Assembly (NCBI GenBank): GCA_965262915.1
Contig: OZ253564.1
Span: 736,001 to 800,000, forward strand
Direction: 5' to 3'
From: Candidatus Spongiisociaceae bacterium
GTDB taxonomy: Bacteria; Actinomycetota; Acidimicrobiia; Spongiisociales; Spongiisociaceae
Length of the DNA stretch: 64,000 bases
Shown here piece after piece: positions 54,873-64,000 of this stretch (position 1 is its first letter; the number at the start of each line of letters is the position of its first letter). The position numbers were made by a program, and so were the translations under genes. The notes beneath the pieces are model-generated. The model did no database searches, was not told where the DNA came from, and saw nothing but the letters and a program-made list of their open reading frames with translations.

Positions 54873-55052
54873 CTCGCACGTTGGTGCTGGCCGCGGCGTC
54901 CTCACCGCGTGGAGAAGCCCCCGGGTAGGGGATGATGCGGAACAAGGAGTTCGGGCTTGTGACCCTCCTCGATCCTGGAGGCGGTGACCACACCACTACC
55001 TGGGCTGGGCGGCGAGCGGTGAGGAATCGAGCGCGGCGATGGCATTCGTCGG

Positions 55053-55793
55053 TCAGGGTCGATCATCGAGGAGTCGCGGAAGGTTTCTGGTCTCGTGTTC
55101 CAGCCAGGCCGCGGCGGCCGGGGATATGAATGACACCAGCTCGGTTGCTTCGCTGTATATCTGCTCCAAGGTTTTGGCGACTTCGGGCATACCTCGGAGC
55201 GTACATCTGAGGGGACCGATGATGGGTTCGCAGTGGGAGATGCGATTCCGAAGGAGGTGCAGGTAGGCGAGCCGGTGTTCAACAGCTCGGCGACGGTCCC
55301 CGAAGTCACGGCCGGGCGCGGTGAAAGCGTTGTCAAGTGCAGGAACCCAGAGGCTCTGCTCGTAGCGGGCACTCGCCAGATAGCGCCAGAATCCAAAGTT
55401 GAGAGCCGCGATGACCTTTCCGGGATCCGGACGGTACGACGTGTGCTCGGCACGCCCTATCGCACTTCTGATCTTTACTCGATCCGCCTTGTTGAACCAG
55501 TGATGCCTCACCCAACTCGGCTCGTCGAACCAAGCTTTACCGGGAGGACGACCGCTGACCTGAGCATGGTGGGCGGTCAACCGACGGTGCATGGCGTTCC
55601 GAACCAGTACCTCGACATGTTGGATCAGTTCCGCGAAGGACCCAGACACGGGCGCATTCCATGCGTAGAGGGCAACGGCCGCCGCAGGATCGGTTGTCGC
55701 CTGGCGAATGGATGCGAAACGTTGCACCGACACCAAGCCTTCGAGTTCGTCTGCGGTGAAGACGGATGCCGGGTCGGGTCGCGTTGTCGTCAC
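55053..55793 (-). CDS. Abi_2/AbiF-like HEPN protein
   Basis: LYAWN, EVLVRN, LNFGFW and HEPN RxxxxH motif LRNRISHCEP. Confidence 0.85.
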   Translation of the reverse strand: MTTTRPDPASVFTADELEGLVSVQRFASIRQATTDPAAAVALYAWNAPVSGSFAELIQHVEVLVRNAMHRRLTAHHAQVSGRPPGKAWFDEPSWVRHHWFNKADRVKIRSAIGRAEHTSYRPDPGKVIAALNFGFWRYLASARYEQSLWVPALDNAFTAPGRDFGDRRRAVEHRLAYLHLLRNRISHCEPIIGPLRCTLRGMPEVAKTLEQIYSEATELVSFISPAAAAWLEHETRNLPRLLDDRP

Positions 55794-55820
55794 CTTGGCT
55801 ATCCGGGATCGTCGTCGTCG

Positions 55821-56024
55821 GCCCCGGTCTGGTGACTTCGGCCACCCCCGGGTTGAGTTCGTGCCGCGGGTCTGCCGGGCGTCGAGCAACGAGCATTGGT
55901 GCGGGTAGGGTCGTCGCCTGTCGGGAGTCTGTTATCCTATTGTCGAAGACCCCGGTCTGGTGGCTCCGGCCACCCCCGGGGTTAAGTTCGTGCCGGGGGT
56001 CTGCCGGGAGTTGAGCAGCGAGCA
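55821..56024 (-). ncRNA. Two copies of a structured repeat upstream of the Abi gene (abiF-RNA-like)
   Basis: Copies at 55821-55895 and 55949-56024. Closing stem GACCCC..GG / CCGGGGTC with inner hairpin GGTGGC-CGGA-GCCACC. Confidence 0.65.
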
Positions 56025-56083
56025 GCGTTATGGGCCCCGGGGCAACTCTCGCGGCAACCGGCCGACCACTTGCCACCGGCGTG

Positions 56084-56400
56084 TCAGAAGATGGTTGCGG
56101 CGGTGTCGACGATGTTGTAGTCGTCGTCGGTGATGAGCACGACCCGCCACTTGTCGAGGGTGGTGCAGGGATGCGATATCCCGACCCGGGCCGGGGTTCC
56201 CACGGGGAGGTCGGCGGCATTATCGGGCCGTACGAAGGCGTGCTGGTCGTTCAATTCGACGATGGGGAACGGTCCACCTCCGCCTGTGGGGAGAGGGTCG
56301 ATGACTGACGGTGAGCCCTCGTCGAAGCCGATGTCCCGGCGCCCGACGTTGAGCAGGGCCAGGTTGGGCACTCCGATGTCGATCAGGAACCGGAGACCGG
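56084..56400 (-). pseudogene. D-serine deaminase-like PLP enzyme, C-terminal remnant
   Basis: GRRDIGFDEG, LNDQHA, GISHPCTTLDKWR. Confidence 0.75.
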
Positions 56401-56423
56401 TCGGCTCCACGCCCGTGGCGGCC

Positions 56424-56810
56424 CTGTATCTGGAGCCGACGATCTTCGAAGTGGCCGGCCCCGACTCGGTCCTCATGTGGGAGGAGATCTTCGGCTCGGT
56501 GGCGGCGGTGACCACGGTGAGCAGCAATGAGACCGCTATCAGGGTGGCCAACAACACACTGTACGGTCTCGCGGCTTCGGTGTTCTCGGGGAACATGCGG
56601 GAGGCCCTGCGCGGGGCGCGGGCCATTCGTGCTGGCACCGTGACCGTCAACTGTTACGGCGAGGGAGACATCTTCACTCCGTTCGGCGGCTACAAGCAGT
56701 CCGGGTTCGGGGGCCGGGACAATTCTGTCTACGTCCACGAGCAGTACACCGAACTCAAGACGATCTGGATCGACCTCAGCGACCGGGTATTGGAAGAGTC
56801 GATCGACTGA
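56424..56810 (+). pseudogene. Duplicate of the 3' 387 nt of the aldehyde dehydrogenase gene
   Basis: Colinear, diverged copy of 54486-54872 that ends at the equivalent stop codon. Confidence 0.92.
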
Positions 56811-57167
56811 CCGTGGTCGGTGGTTCTCGCCTGGCCGTGTTTGCCGCTTGGTGGCGTGGTCGGTCCGTCGTCGTATTCCCAGCAGACGAGCGTTCCGGCG
56901 GTTCTGACGCCGCACGTGTGTCCGGGAAGGAGTCCGTGAGAGGGAACAGGCCGGGACGGAAGGTCTCGGACGAGTTCAAACGAGACGCGGGCAGATCGTC
57001 AACATCTCAGGCAACCCGATCTGCAAGACATACCATCCGGGGCGCTTCACGTCCTTGTATTGCCAGGGCTTGGCTACTGTGTTGTTAACCTCAGGGAGGG
57101 CTTCAGTGTCTTGGTGTGTCTGCGCCTTGGGCATTGTCACGAAACGAGGAAACGAGAGCGGGGCGCG

Positions 57168-60100
57168 ATGGCTTGGAGATCTCTACCAGCGCAACGAACG
57201 GCGCGGTGCCGCGGAGGCCGAGGCCGCCGGGCCGGGAGGAAACTGACGACGATCGTGACCGTAGCCGCGATGGTGATGTCGCTGGCTACGCCGGTGGCTG
57301 CACAGAATGATCCTCCGGCGCGGCCCACCGGGTTGAGGTTGTCCGCGCCGTCGCACGAGTTGGTACGGCTTACCTGGCGCAATCCGAGGGATTCGTCGAT
57401 CACGGGCTACAAGATCCTGCGCCGTCTTGCCGATTACACAACCTCTTTCGGGGAGATAGATACCGTTACAGGAAGCAGCGTGACTTCCTATGAGGACATG
57501 AGCGTTGCGGCCGGCGTCACCTACTACTACTCGATCAAGGCCGTCAACAGTGCGGGAGACAGTGAGGAGTCGGACGGTATGTTCGACCTCTACATCCGCG
57601 TGCCGGCGGAGCCGATCAACGACTCGCCTGTGGTGACCGGCAGCATCGCACTGACCTACACGGAGAACGGCACCAAGACGGTAGCCCGTTACCGCGCCAG
57701 GGATCCCGATAGTAACCAATTCACATGGGACCTAGAAGGGGAGGATGAGGATGATTTCAGCATCACCGACGGTGTGTTGGCGTTCCGCTCGCCGCCGGAC
57801 TTCGAGAACCCCACGGACAGGGGTGCCGACAGCGAGGACAATGACTATGAGGTAACGGTACGTGCTGACGACAGCCTTAACGTAGGCGAGTTGCACGTGG
57901 TCGTGTCTGTGATTGGTGTGGACGAGCCACCGACGTTTACGGCCGGGGATACCGAGGTTTCTTACACCGAGGACCGAACAGGCATTGTGCAGACCTACCT
58001 TGCCATGGATCCGGAGGGTGAAGAGATTTCCTGGTCGCTGTCCGGTACTGATCGGGGTGATTTCACTATCACCGGCGGCGTGTTGAACTTCGTGGCTCCA
58101 CCTGATTTCGACGCGCCGACAGATAGCAATAGGAACAATGAATATGTAGTGACCGTGGTGGCTTCAGATGGAGCCAAGACTTCTACTCGCAGCGTGACTG
58201 TGACCGTAGAAGATGTCGACGAGCCGGGTACGGTCACGTTGTCGTCACCGCAACCGATGGTTGATATCGACTTGACCGCGACTCTGAGTGACCCTGATGG
58301 GCGCATCACCAATATTGAATGGCGGTGGGAATTGCAAGAGGGCGGTTCGGGTCCGTGGGTACTTATCAGCAGCGCGAACTCGGATCGCTTCCGTCCCCGC
58401 GCGAGCGACGAGGATGACCGGCTACAGGTCGAAGTCCGCTACCACGACAGGCGCGGAGCCAAGTCTTTGACGAGTGATCCGACTCTGGTCGTGCAGTCTT
58501 TCCGTTTAGATAACCTGCCACCGGTCTTTGCTTCTCAGTCGTTCACACGTGCGGTGGCTGAAAACACTTCCTCGGGTCAGAACGTCGGTGATACGGTGGT
58601 AGCCACCGACGAGGATGTGTCCTCATTGGTATACAGCCTCAGTGGCGCGGACGCCGCAGCGTTCACTATCGACTCGTCGTCCGGTCAGATCAGGACGAGC
58701 GCTCCGCTCGACTACGAAACCAAGAAGACCTACCGCGTCAACGTGGTCGCCACCGACTCGTCCAGAGCGTCGCAGTCTGTGGCGGTGACCATCAATGTCG
58801 AGGATGTGGAAGAGCCCCTTTCGGCCGTCACCGGTGACACCCCGGTCGAATACGCCGAGGACCGCACCGACGCGGTGGCCACCTACACCGCTACTGACCC
58901 CGACGGCACTGCTGTTACTTGGAGTCTCTCAGGTGTCGATGCCGGTAGGTTCGATATCAGCAACCGCGGCGTGTTGAGTTTCGCGATACGGCCTGACTTC
59001 GATGACCCGGCTGACCAGGGTAGGAACAATACCTACGACGTGACTGTCGAGGCATCCTCAGGGAGTGATGATAGCTCCTTGCCTGTGATGGTGATGGTCA
59101 CCGATATAGACGAGCCGTTGGTGCTCACCGGTGATGGCTCGGTCCGATTTGCCGAGAACAGGAGCAGCAGCGACACGGTGCATACCTATGAGGCCGACGA
59201 TCCTGAGGGAGAGACCGTCGTGTGGACTCTGGAAGGCGCCGACCGTGAACTCTTCACCATTACTACGGGCGGTGAGTTGATGTTCGAAGCATCGCCGGAC
59301 CATGAGAACCCGACCGACCGCGGCAGGAATGGCTCCTATGACGTGACAGTGGTGGCTTCTGACAGGAGACATACCGCGGAGCGAGATGTAACCGTTACCG
59401 TCACCAACGTAGACGAGCCCGCCACGCTGACGCTCAGCTCGCAGCAGCCGCAAGCCGGCACCGCGCTCACCGCCAGACTGACCGACCCCGACGCCCGCAT
59501 CAGGATCAGCAGTTGGCGATGGCACAAGTCACCGAACGGGACAGACCCTTGGCTCGATGCCACAGGAAGAGGGGCGCGGTCGGCCCAGTACACCCCGGGC
59601 GAAGGCGACGCTCCACCAGACGGTGATGAGGGCCTCTACCTGCGGGTGAGTGTCACCTATACAGACGCGTTCGGGGCAAAGGCCCTCGAGTTGATCACGA
59701 CCCGGACGGTACGCGCCGAGCCACTCACGAACAGCCCGCCGGTGCTCTCATCGACGGACGGGAGGCGCTCGATCCCGGAGAACACATCCCCGGGCGAAGA
59801 CATAGGCGCGGCCTTCAGCGCTACCGACACCGACAGTGGCGACACCTCCCTGAGCTACAGCCTCGCTGGTACTGACGCCGGCTCGTTCGACCTTGACGCT
59901 TCGACGGGTCAACTCTCAACCAGAGCTGCGCTCGACCATGAGGCCAAGAGCAGTTACGAGGTCACGGTGAGGGTGACCGACCCGTCTAATGCCTCCGACG
60001 ACGTACCGGTCACCATCACCGTCGAGAACGTGGAAGAGGACGGAACTGTCACACTTTCGGGTGTGCCACCCGAGGTCGGTACTCGGCTGACCGCCACGCT

Positions 60101-61028
60101 GACCGATCCCGACGGCGATATCTTCGATCTCGCCTGGCAATGGCAGCGGTCCACCAGTCGCGACGGCGGCTGGAGCGACATCTTCGCCGCGACCTCACAG
60201 ACCTACACACCGACCGGCGCCCACACCGATTACGACACCGATTACTACCTGCGGGCCGTGGCCAGATACAAAGACGGATTCTCCCCCAACGACTCAGATG
60301 AGGCCAATGGCGCCACTCTCGAGATAGTGGAAAGGGTGCAGCAACAGCAGCGTGACACCAGCACCGGCACCGGCACTGACACCGACGACCGCAGGCCGAC
60401 CAGCAGCGGCACCAGCAGCGGGACTAGCAGCGGCAGCGGTACCAGCGGAACACAGAGGCCCGATCCTGAGCCTGAGCCCGACGACGACAAGGCCTTCTCG
60501 GACATTGACGACACCTCATCGCTTCACCGAGCGTTGCGGACGCTGTCTGCCGAGGACGTGCTGGACGGTACGGGCTGTGGTCGTGGTCGTCTATGTCCCG
60601 AAGATCATCTGTCGCGCTGGGAGATGGCGGTGTGGCTGATACGTGTCGTAGACGACGGTGCCGACCCTCGTGCGACACGCAGGTCACGGTTTGCCGATGT
60701 GGACGCCGATGAATGGTGGTCGCCCCATGTTGAGCGTCTTGCTGACCTTGGGATCACCGAGGGTTGCAAGGCCGAACCCCTGAGCTACTGTCCTGATCAG
60801 CCCGTCACCCGTGCCCAGATGGCCAGTTTCCTCGTCCGGGCTTTCAAACTCCCCAGGGCCGGGTCCGCAGGATTCGAGGACACCGCCGGAAACGTCCACG
60901 CCCGGAACATAGATGCGATTTACGCGGCGGAAATCACTATCGGCTGCGCCTCCATCCCGCTGATGTACTGCCCCGGCCGGTACACCACCCGAGCCCAAAT
61001 GGCAAGGTTCCTCCTCCGGGGTCGCTGA
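57168..61028 (+). CDS. Large adhesin-like protein: FN3, multiple cadherin-like repeats, C-terminal SLH
   Basis: FN3 (W..P...ITGY..YSIKAVN), repeated PDFE.P.D...N.Y.VTV and LDYETK motifs, Cys-SLH tail. Start codon is uncertain. Confidence 0.9.
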   Translation: MAWRSLPAQRTARCRGGRGRRAGRKLTTIVTVAAMVMSLATPVAAQNDPPARPTGLRLSAPSHELVRLTWRNPRDSSITGYKILRRLADYTTSFGEIDTVTGSSVTSYEDMSVAAGVTYYYSIKAVNSAGDSEESDGMFDLYIRVPAEPINDSPVVTGSIALTYTENGTKTVARYRARDPDSNQFTWDLEGEDEDDFSITDGVLAFRSPPDFENPTDRGADSEDNDYEVTVRADDSLNVGELHVVVSVIGVDEPPTFTAGDTEVSYTEDRTGIVQTYLAMDPEGEEISWSLSGTDRGDFTITGGVLNFVAPPDFDAPTDSNRNNEYVVTVVASDGAKTSTRSVTVTVEDVDEPGTVTLSSPQPMVDIDLTATLSDPDGRITNIEWRWELQEGGSGPWVLISSANSDRFRPRASDEDDRLQVEVRYHDRRGAKSLTSDPTLVVQSFRLDNLPPVFASQSFTRAVAENTSSGQNVGDTVVATDEDVSSLVYSLSGADAAAFTIDSSSGQIRTSAPLDYETKKTYRVNVVATDSSRASQSVAVTINVEDVEEPLSAVTGDTPVEYAEDRTDAVATYTATDPDGTAVTWSLSGVDAGRFDISNRGVLSFAIRPDFDDPADQGRNNTYDVTVEASSGSDDSSLPVMVMVTDIDEPLVLTGDGSVRFAENRSSSDTVHTYEADDPEGETVVWTLEGADRELFTITTGGELMFEASPDHENPTDRGRNGSYDVTVVASDRRHTAERDVTVTVTNVDEPATLTLSSQQPQAGTALTARLTDPDARIRISSWRWHKSPNGTDPWLDATGRGARSAQYTPGEGDAPPDGDEGLYLRVSVTYTDAFGAKALELITTRTVRAEPLTNSPPVLSSTDGRRSIPENTSPGEDIGAAFSATDTDSGDTSLSYSLAGTDAGSFDLDASTGQLSTRAALDHEAKSSYEVTVRVTDPSNASDDVPVTITVENVEEDGTVTLSGVPPEVGTRLTATLTDPDGDIFDLAWQWQRSTSRDGGWSDIFAATSQTYTPTGAHTDYDTDYYLRAVARYKDGFSPNDSDEANGATLEIVERVQQQQRDTSTGTGTDTDDRRPTSSGTSSGTSSGSGTSGTQRPDPEPEPDDDKAFSDIDDTSSLHRALRTLSAEDVLDGTGCGRGRLCPEDHLSRWEMAVWLIRVVDDGADPRATRRSRFADVDADEWWSPHVERLADLGITEGCKAEPLSYCPDQPVTRAQMASFLVRAFKLPRAGSAGFEDTAGNVHARNIDAIYAAEITIGCASIPLMYCPGRYTTRAQMARFLLRGR

Positions 61029-61099
61029 CACGGGGGTCTGACAAACACCCAGCTAAACCATCAAACACCGGCGACGGTGGACGACACGGGTGCCTCTGT

Positions 61100-61330
61100 G
61101 TATGTCAAGTCGCGTGCGGTTGAGACCTTATCGGTGTTGGGTTGATGCCGTTCGTTGGTGATCATCAGCCACCGGACGCGGGACGCGATCTTGCGTTTGA
61201 GGCAGCGCATCGCAGGGTTGTGGGTCCTGCCCTCGCCGATCTTGCGCTCGTAATACCGACGTTCGGCGCTGTTGTCCGTGCGGACCCTGGGTGAGGGCAA
61301 TGAGATGCAGTGATGTCGAGCACTGTGTTG
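61100..61330 (-). pseudogene. IS110 transposase C-terminal remnant
   Basis: LHLIAL, RRYYERKIGEGRTHNPAMRCLKRKIA. Confidence 0.7.
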
Positions 61331-61608
61331 ACACCTGCAGCCTCTCCCTGATCTCCGCTATCGCTGTCACCCGTCTTAGGTCGAATGCAGGTTGCCGTGT
61401 TGACTGACAACTCATGGGTGCTTGGGTGCACAGCCGCAAAGGTAACCTTCCCCAAGCTCCGCGGGACACGGACGGAAACGGCTTGCCTGTGTGGGCTCGG
61501 ATCCCGGGCTTGGAGTTGCCCGACCAAGAGCGGCACCGGCTTTGCCGTTACGTTCAGTACTGGCAGGATTTCCTCGACCCGAACACCGACCTCGTCGTCG
61601 GCGGTGGG

Positions 61609-62358
61609 TTATGGGACGATGGGCTGGAAGGCAGGGCTGGAAAGCGGCTGGTAGTTATCTGGCCACGGGGCGGTCAGACGGCAGAGGAGGCGCATACTCG
61701 GAGCCACGCCAGGGGGGTTGACGTGTTCGGCGGTGATGGAGATAATGTCCTCGCCGATGCGATCGCGGAGGCCGTGGACCGTCTCGACCAGGTAATCCGG
61801 TACCCAACCCACAGGAGCGTAATCCGGGGTGGCGATGAGGATGGCTTGAGGATTCACCTCATTGTGGGGGTCGTCCACGAGGATCAGGCGATCGCCGGAC
61901 TGCAACGCCGTGACAGCTTCTGAAGCGCCCTCGCGGTGGCGGATCCCGCGGACGAAGAACAAAGTGGTGAGGTTGGCGTCTTCGGTGCGGATTGGTGGGG
62001 CGAACACCTCGATGCGGTCGGTCACCTTCCGGCCGTCGTTGCGGGCCATCACCTCGAAGGGGTCGCTATCGATGTCTAGGCCAAGTTTCTTAACATACTG
62101 ACCGTAGTCCGGGCGGCGGCGCGGCATTTGGCGGTTACGAAAGACGGGAAACAGTTTCTCGCTCTCATAGACCCGGTGAAGATCAGGCAGGCCCGGCAAA
62201 CGCGGGAAGCCCTGAAGGGATTTGGAGGCCTTCAGATAGACGAACCGGTAGGACTCCGAGCCGTTCAACACAGTTTGGGTGAGCAGGCCTACAGGGCGGA
62301 TCCGGCCCTCGGGGTGGCGCCAGGTGACATACAGGTTGGATTCGGCGCGCTCGGTCAT
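61609..62358 (-). CDS. HIRAN-domain protein with HipA_N-like N-terminus
   Basis: W..P....PVG.L, LFPVFRNR, FFVRGIRH, DPHNEVNPQAI, VGWVP. Confidence 0.8.
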   Translation of the reverse strand: MTERAESNLYVTWRHPEGRIRPVGLLTQTVLNGSESYRFVYLKASKSLQGFPRLPGLPDLHRVYESEKLFPVFRNRQMPRRRPDYGQYVKKLGLDIDSDPFEVMARNDGRKVTDRIEVFAPPIRTEDANLTTLFFVRGIRHREGASEAVTALQSGDRLILVDDPHNEVNPQAILIATPDYAPVGWVPDYLVETVHGLRDRIGEDIISITAEHVNPPGVAPSMRLLCRLTAPWPDNYQPLSSPAFQPIVP

Positions 62359-62390
62359 CCGTTTCTCCACCACGAAAAAAGGGGCCTCCT

Positions 62391-62840
62391 TCAGCCTAGC
62401 GAGGGTTGGAACTGGGTCAGTCGCGCCCAGTTGCGACGCATAACCCGCTCGGCGAAGGCCTCGGGTGGGTAGTTGCGATCTTTGGACGACATCTGTTCTA
62501 GCCTTTGTGGGTCGCTTAACAGGAACCCGAGACTCGAGGCATGATCGAAGGTAGGGGCCAGATAGCGGCCGGACTCAGACACGATAACGGCCCAGTTCTC
62601 CTCATGGCGGTCAGTGTTGCCGATGAGGGCGTCCAGTACAAGATACCCGACGAACACTTCCCAAGCCGATAAACCGTCCAAAGCGCTTGCAGGAGCCTGA
62701 TAGTCTTCCAGCGCCCGATGGATGGCCTCAACCGTATATGAACTTCGGTCGCTGACAGTTACGTAGTCGCCTTGTTCGGCAAGCAACGCATTCCCGTGAA
62801 CCAAGTCCTCGGTCGCGTTGAGTACAGAACGACATATCGT
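62391..62840 (-). pseudogene. HipA-like kinase C-terminal part, interrupted by ISL3
   Basis: LDALIGNTDRHEENW and LAPTFDHASSL. The frame is cut at the IS end. Confidence 0.85.
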
Positions 62841-64000
62841 GGCTCTTCGGAAATGAGTGGGGAGTAGGGGATCTGCCAGGGGGAGTTGGAATCCACCAGA
62901 AGTGATGGGGGGTCCTCCATAATCGGGTGTTGGTAACGACATCCGAGGCAGGAGGACCCCTGTGGAAGCTGATCCTACGCGCATGTGCGAGTTGTTGGTA
63001 GGCCTAGGTGAGGTTGATCTGGTGGGGATCAACGACTCGGGCGAGGGTGCACCGCTTGGGGTGGTGATCGGGTCCCGCAAGCCCCGCCCGTTGTGTGTGG
63101 CATGTGGCGGCCCGGTGTGGTCCAAGGGTCACAGAACGGTTGTGTTGGTGGATTTACCGGCGTTCGGCCGTCCGGTTCGGCTGCGGTGGCGGAAACGCCG
63201 CTGGACGTGCCCGAACACCGACTGTGAGATCAGATCGTTCATCGAACAAGACCCCACGATTGGTCCCCAACGGGCGTTGTTGACATCCCGAGCGGCCCGG
63301 TGGGTGACCATCCAGGTCGGTCGGCGGGGCCGTCCGATCCAAGAGGTCGCCGCAGAGTTGGGTTGTGATTGGCATACGGTGAACAAAGAGGTTGGCCGCT
63401 GGGGCGAAGCGCTGCTGGGGGCCGACACCGATCGGATAGGCGAGGTCGGGGCTGTGGGCATCGACAAGAAGCGTTGTTCTGGCGGAAAGGCCGGTGGCGC
63501 ACCAAGGTTTGGTGCACCTCTGTCGTCGACGTTGGCGGCCACCAGCTGATCGACATAGTCGGTGGTAGAACAGCTGAAAGCGCCGCAGCCTGGTTCCGGT
63601 CACAACCCACCGAATGGTGTGAGGCTATCCGCTGGGCGGTGTTGGACATGTCCGGTCCTTACCGGAAGGCGTATAACCGGGTGTTACCGCACGCTCTCCA
63701 GGTAGCAGACCCCTTCCACGTCATACGCCTCGCCAACCAGCGACTCGACGAAGTACGACGAAGAGTCCAAAACGAAACCCTCGGGCATCGAGGCCGCAAG
63801 GATGACCCGCTGTATCGGATACGGCGGCTCCTAACCGCCGCGCATGAGAGGATCAGCGACCGGGGTCAAACACGCCTGCGTGGTCTCCTCGATGCTGGTG
63901 ACCCCTACGGGGAGGTACGCACAGCCTGGCACGCGAAGGAAACGGTACGAGGCATCTACGGGATCGAGAGTCCCGCCCTCGCTCTCCGATACACCCTCCA
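62841..64000 (+). mobile_element. Second ISL3 copy, running off the window, with a transposase frameshift at ~63465
   Basis: Same left IR and close similarity to 46627..48059. Confidence 0.95.

Noticed and set aside
62841-63125. HipA ORF N-terminus as shown in the ORF track
   Set aside because: It is the antisense of the ISL3 left end and also appears in the ORF at 46330..46866.
1-64000. Alternative genetic code (UGA = Trp or Gly) to explain the read-through
   Set aside because: TGA is the normal stop of many intact genes here (13740, 23269, 54870), and Trp is encoded by TGG.

Overview
High-GC actinobacterial DNA. The gene content resembles Acidimicrobiia, and the repertoire suggests a sponge-type symbiont (inference). 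The window is an accessory, partly decayed region dominated by surface proteins that share a Cys-containing SLH anchor but carry different passenger domains (RCC1, TolB/PD40, cadherin/FN3, SpoIID, M6-like peptidase, thioredoxin fold). These are interspersed with IS110, ISL3, TnpB and integrase remnants, toxin/defence genes and one ABC-transporter catabolic operon. Four signals are hidden from the ORF track. (1) Three tandem surface-anchored TlpA-like redoxins have an in-frame UGA in the active site (UxxC) and a conserved downstream hairpin, so they are probable selenoproteins. (2) A type ISP restriction-modification gene has a (CCGA)13 tract followed by alternative target-recognition cassettes in different open frames, linked by ATGA overlaps: a putative three-state specificity switch. 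(3) An IS110 element has readable bridge-RNA guides matching a heptamer repeat that follows the stop codons of SLH genes. (4) An Abi_2/AbiF-like HEPN gene is preceded by two copies of a structured RNA-like repeat. Many single-base frameshifts could be real decay or assembly error. Family assignments come from motif recognition by eye, not from database searches.
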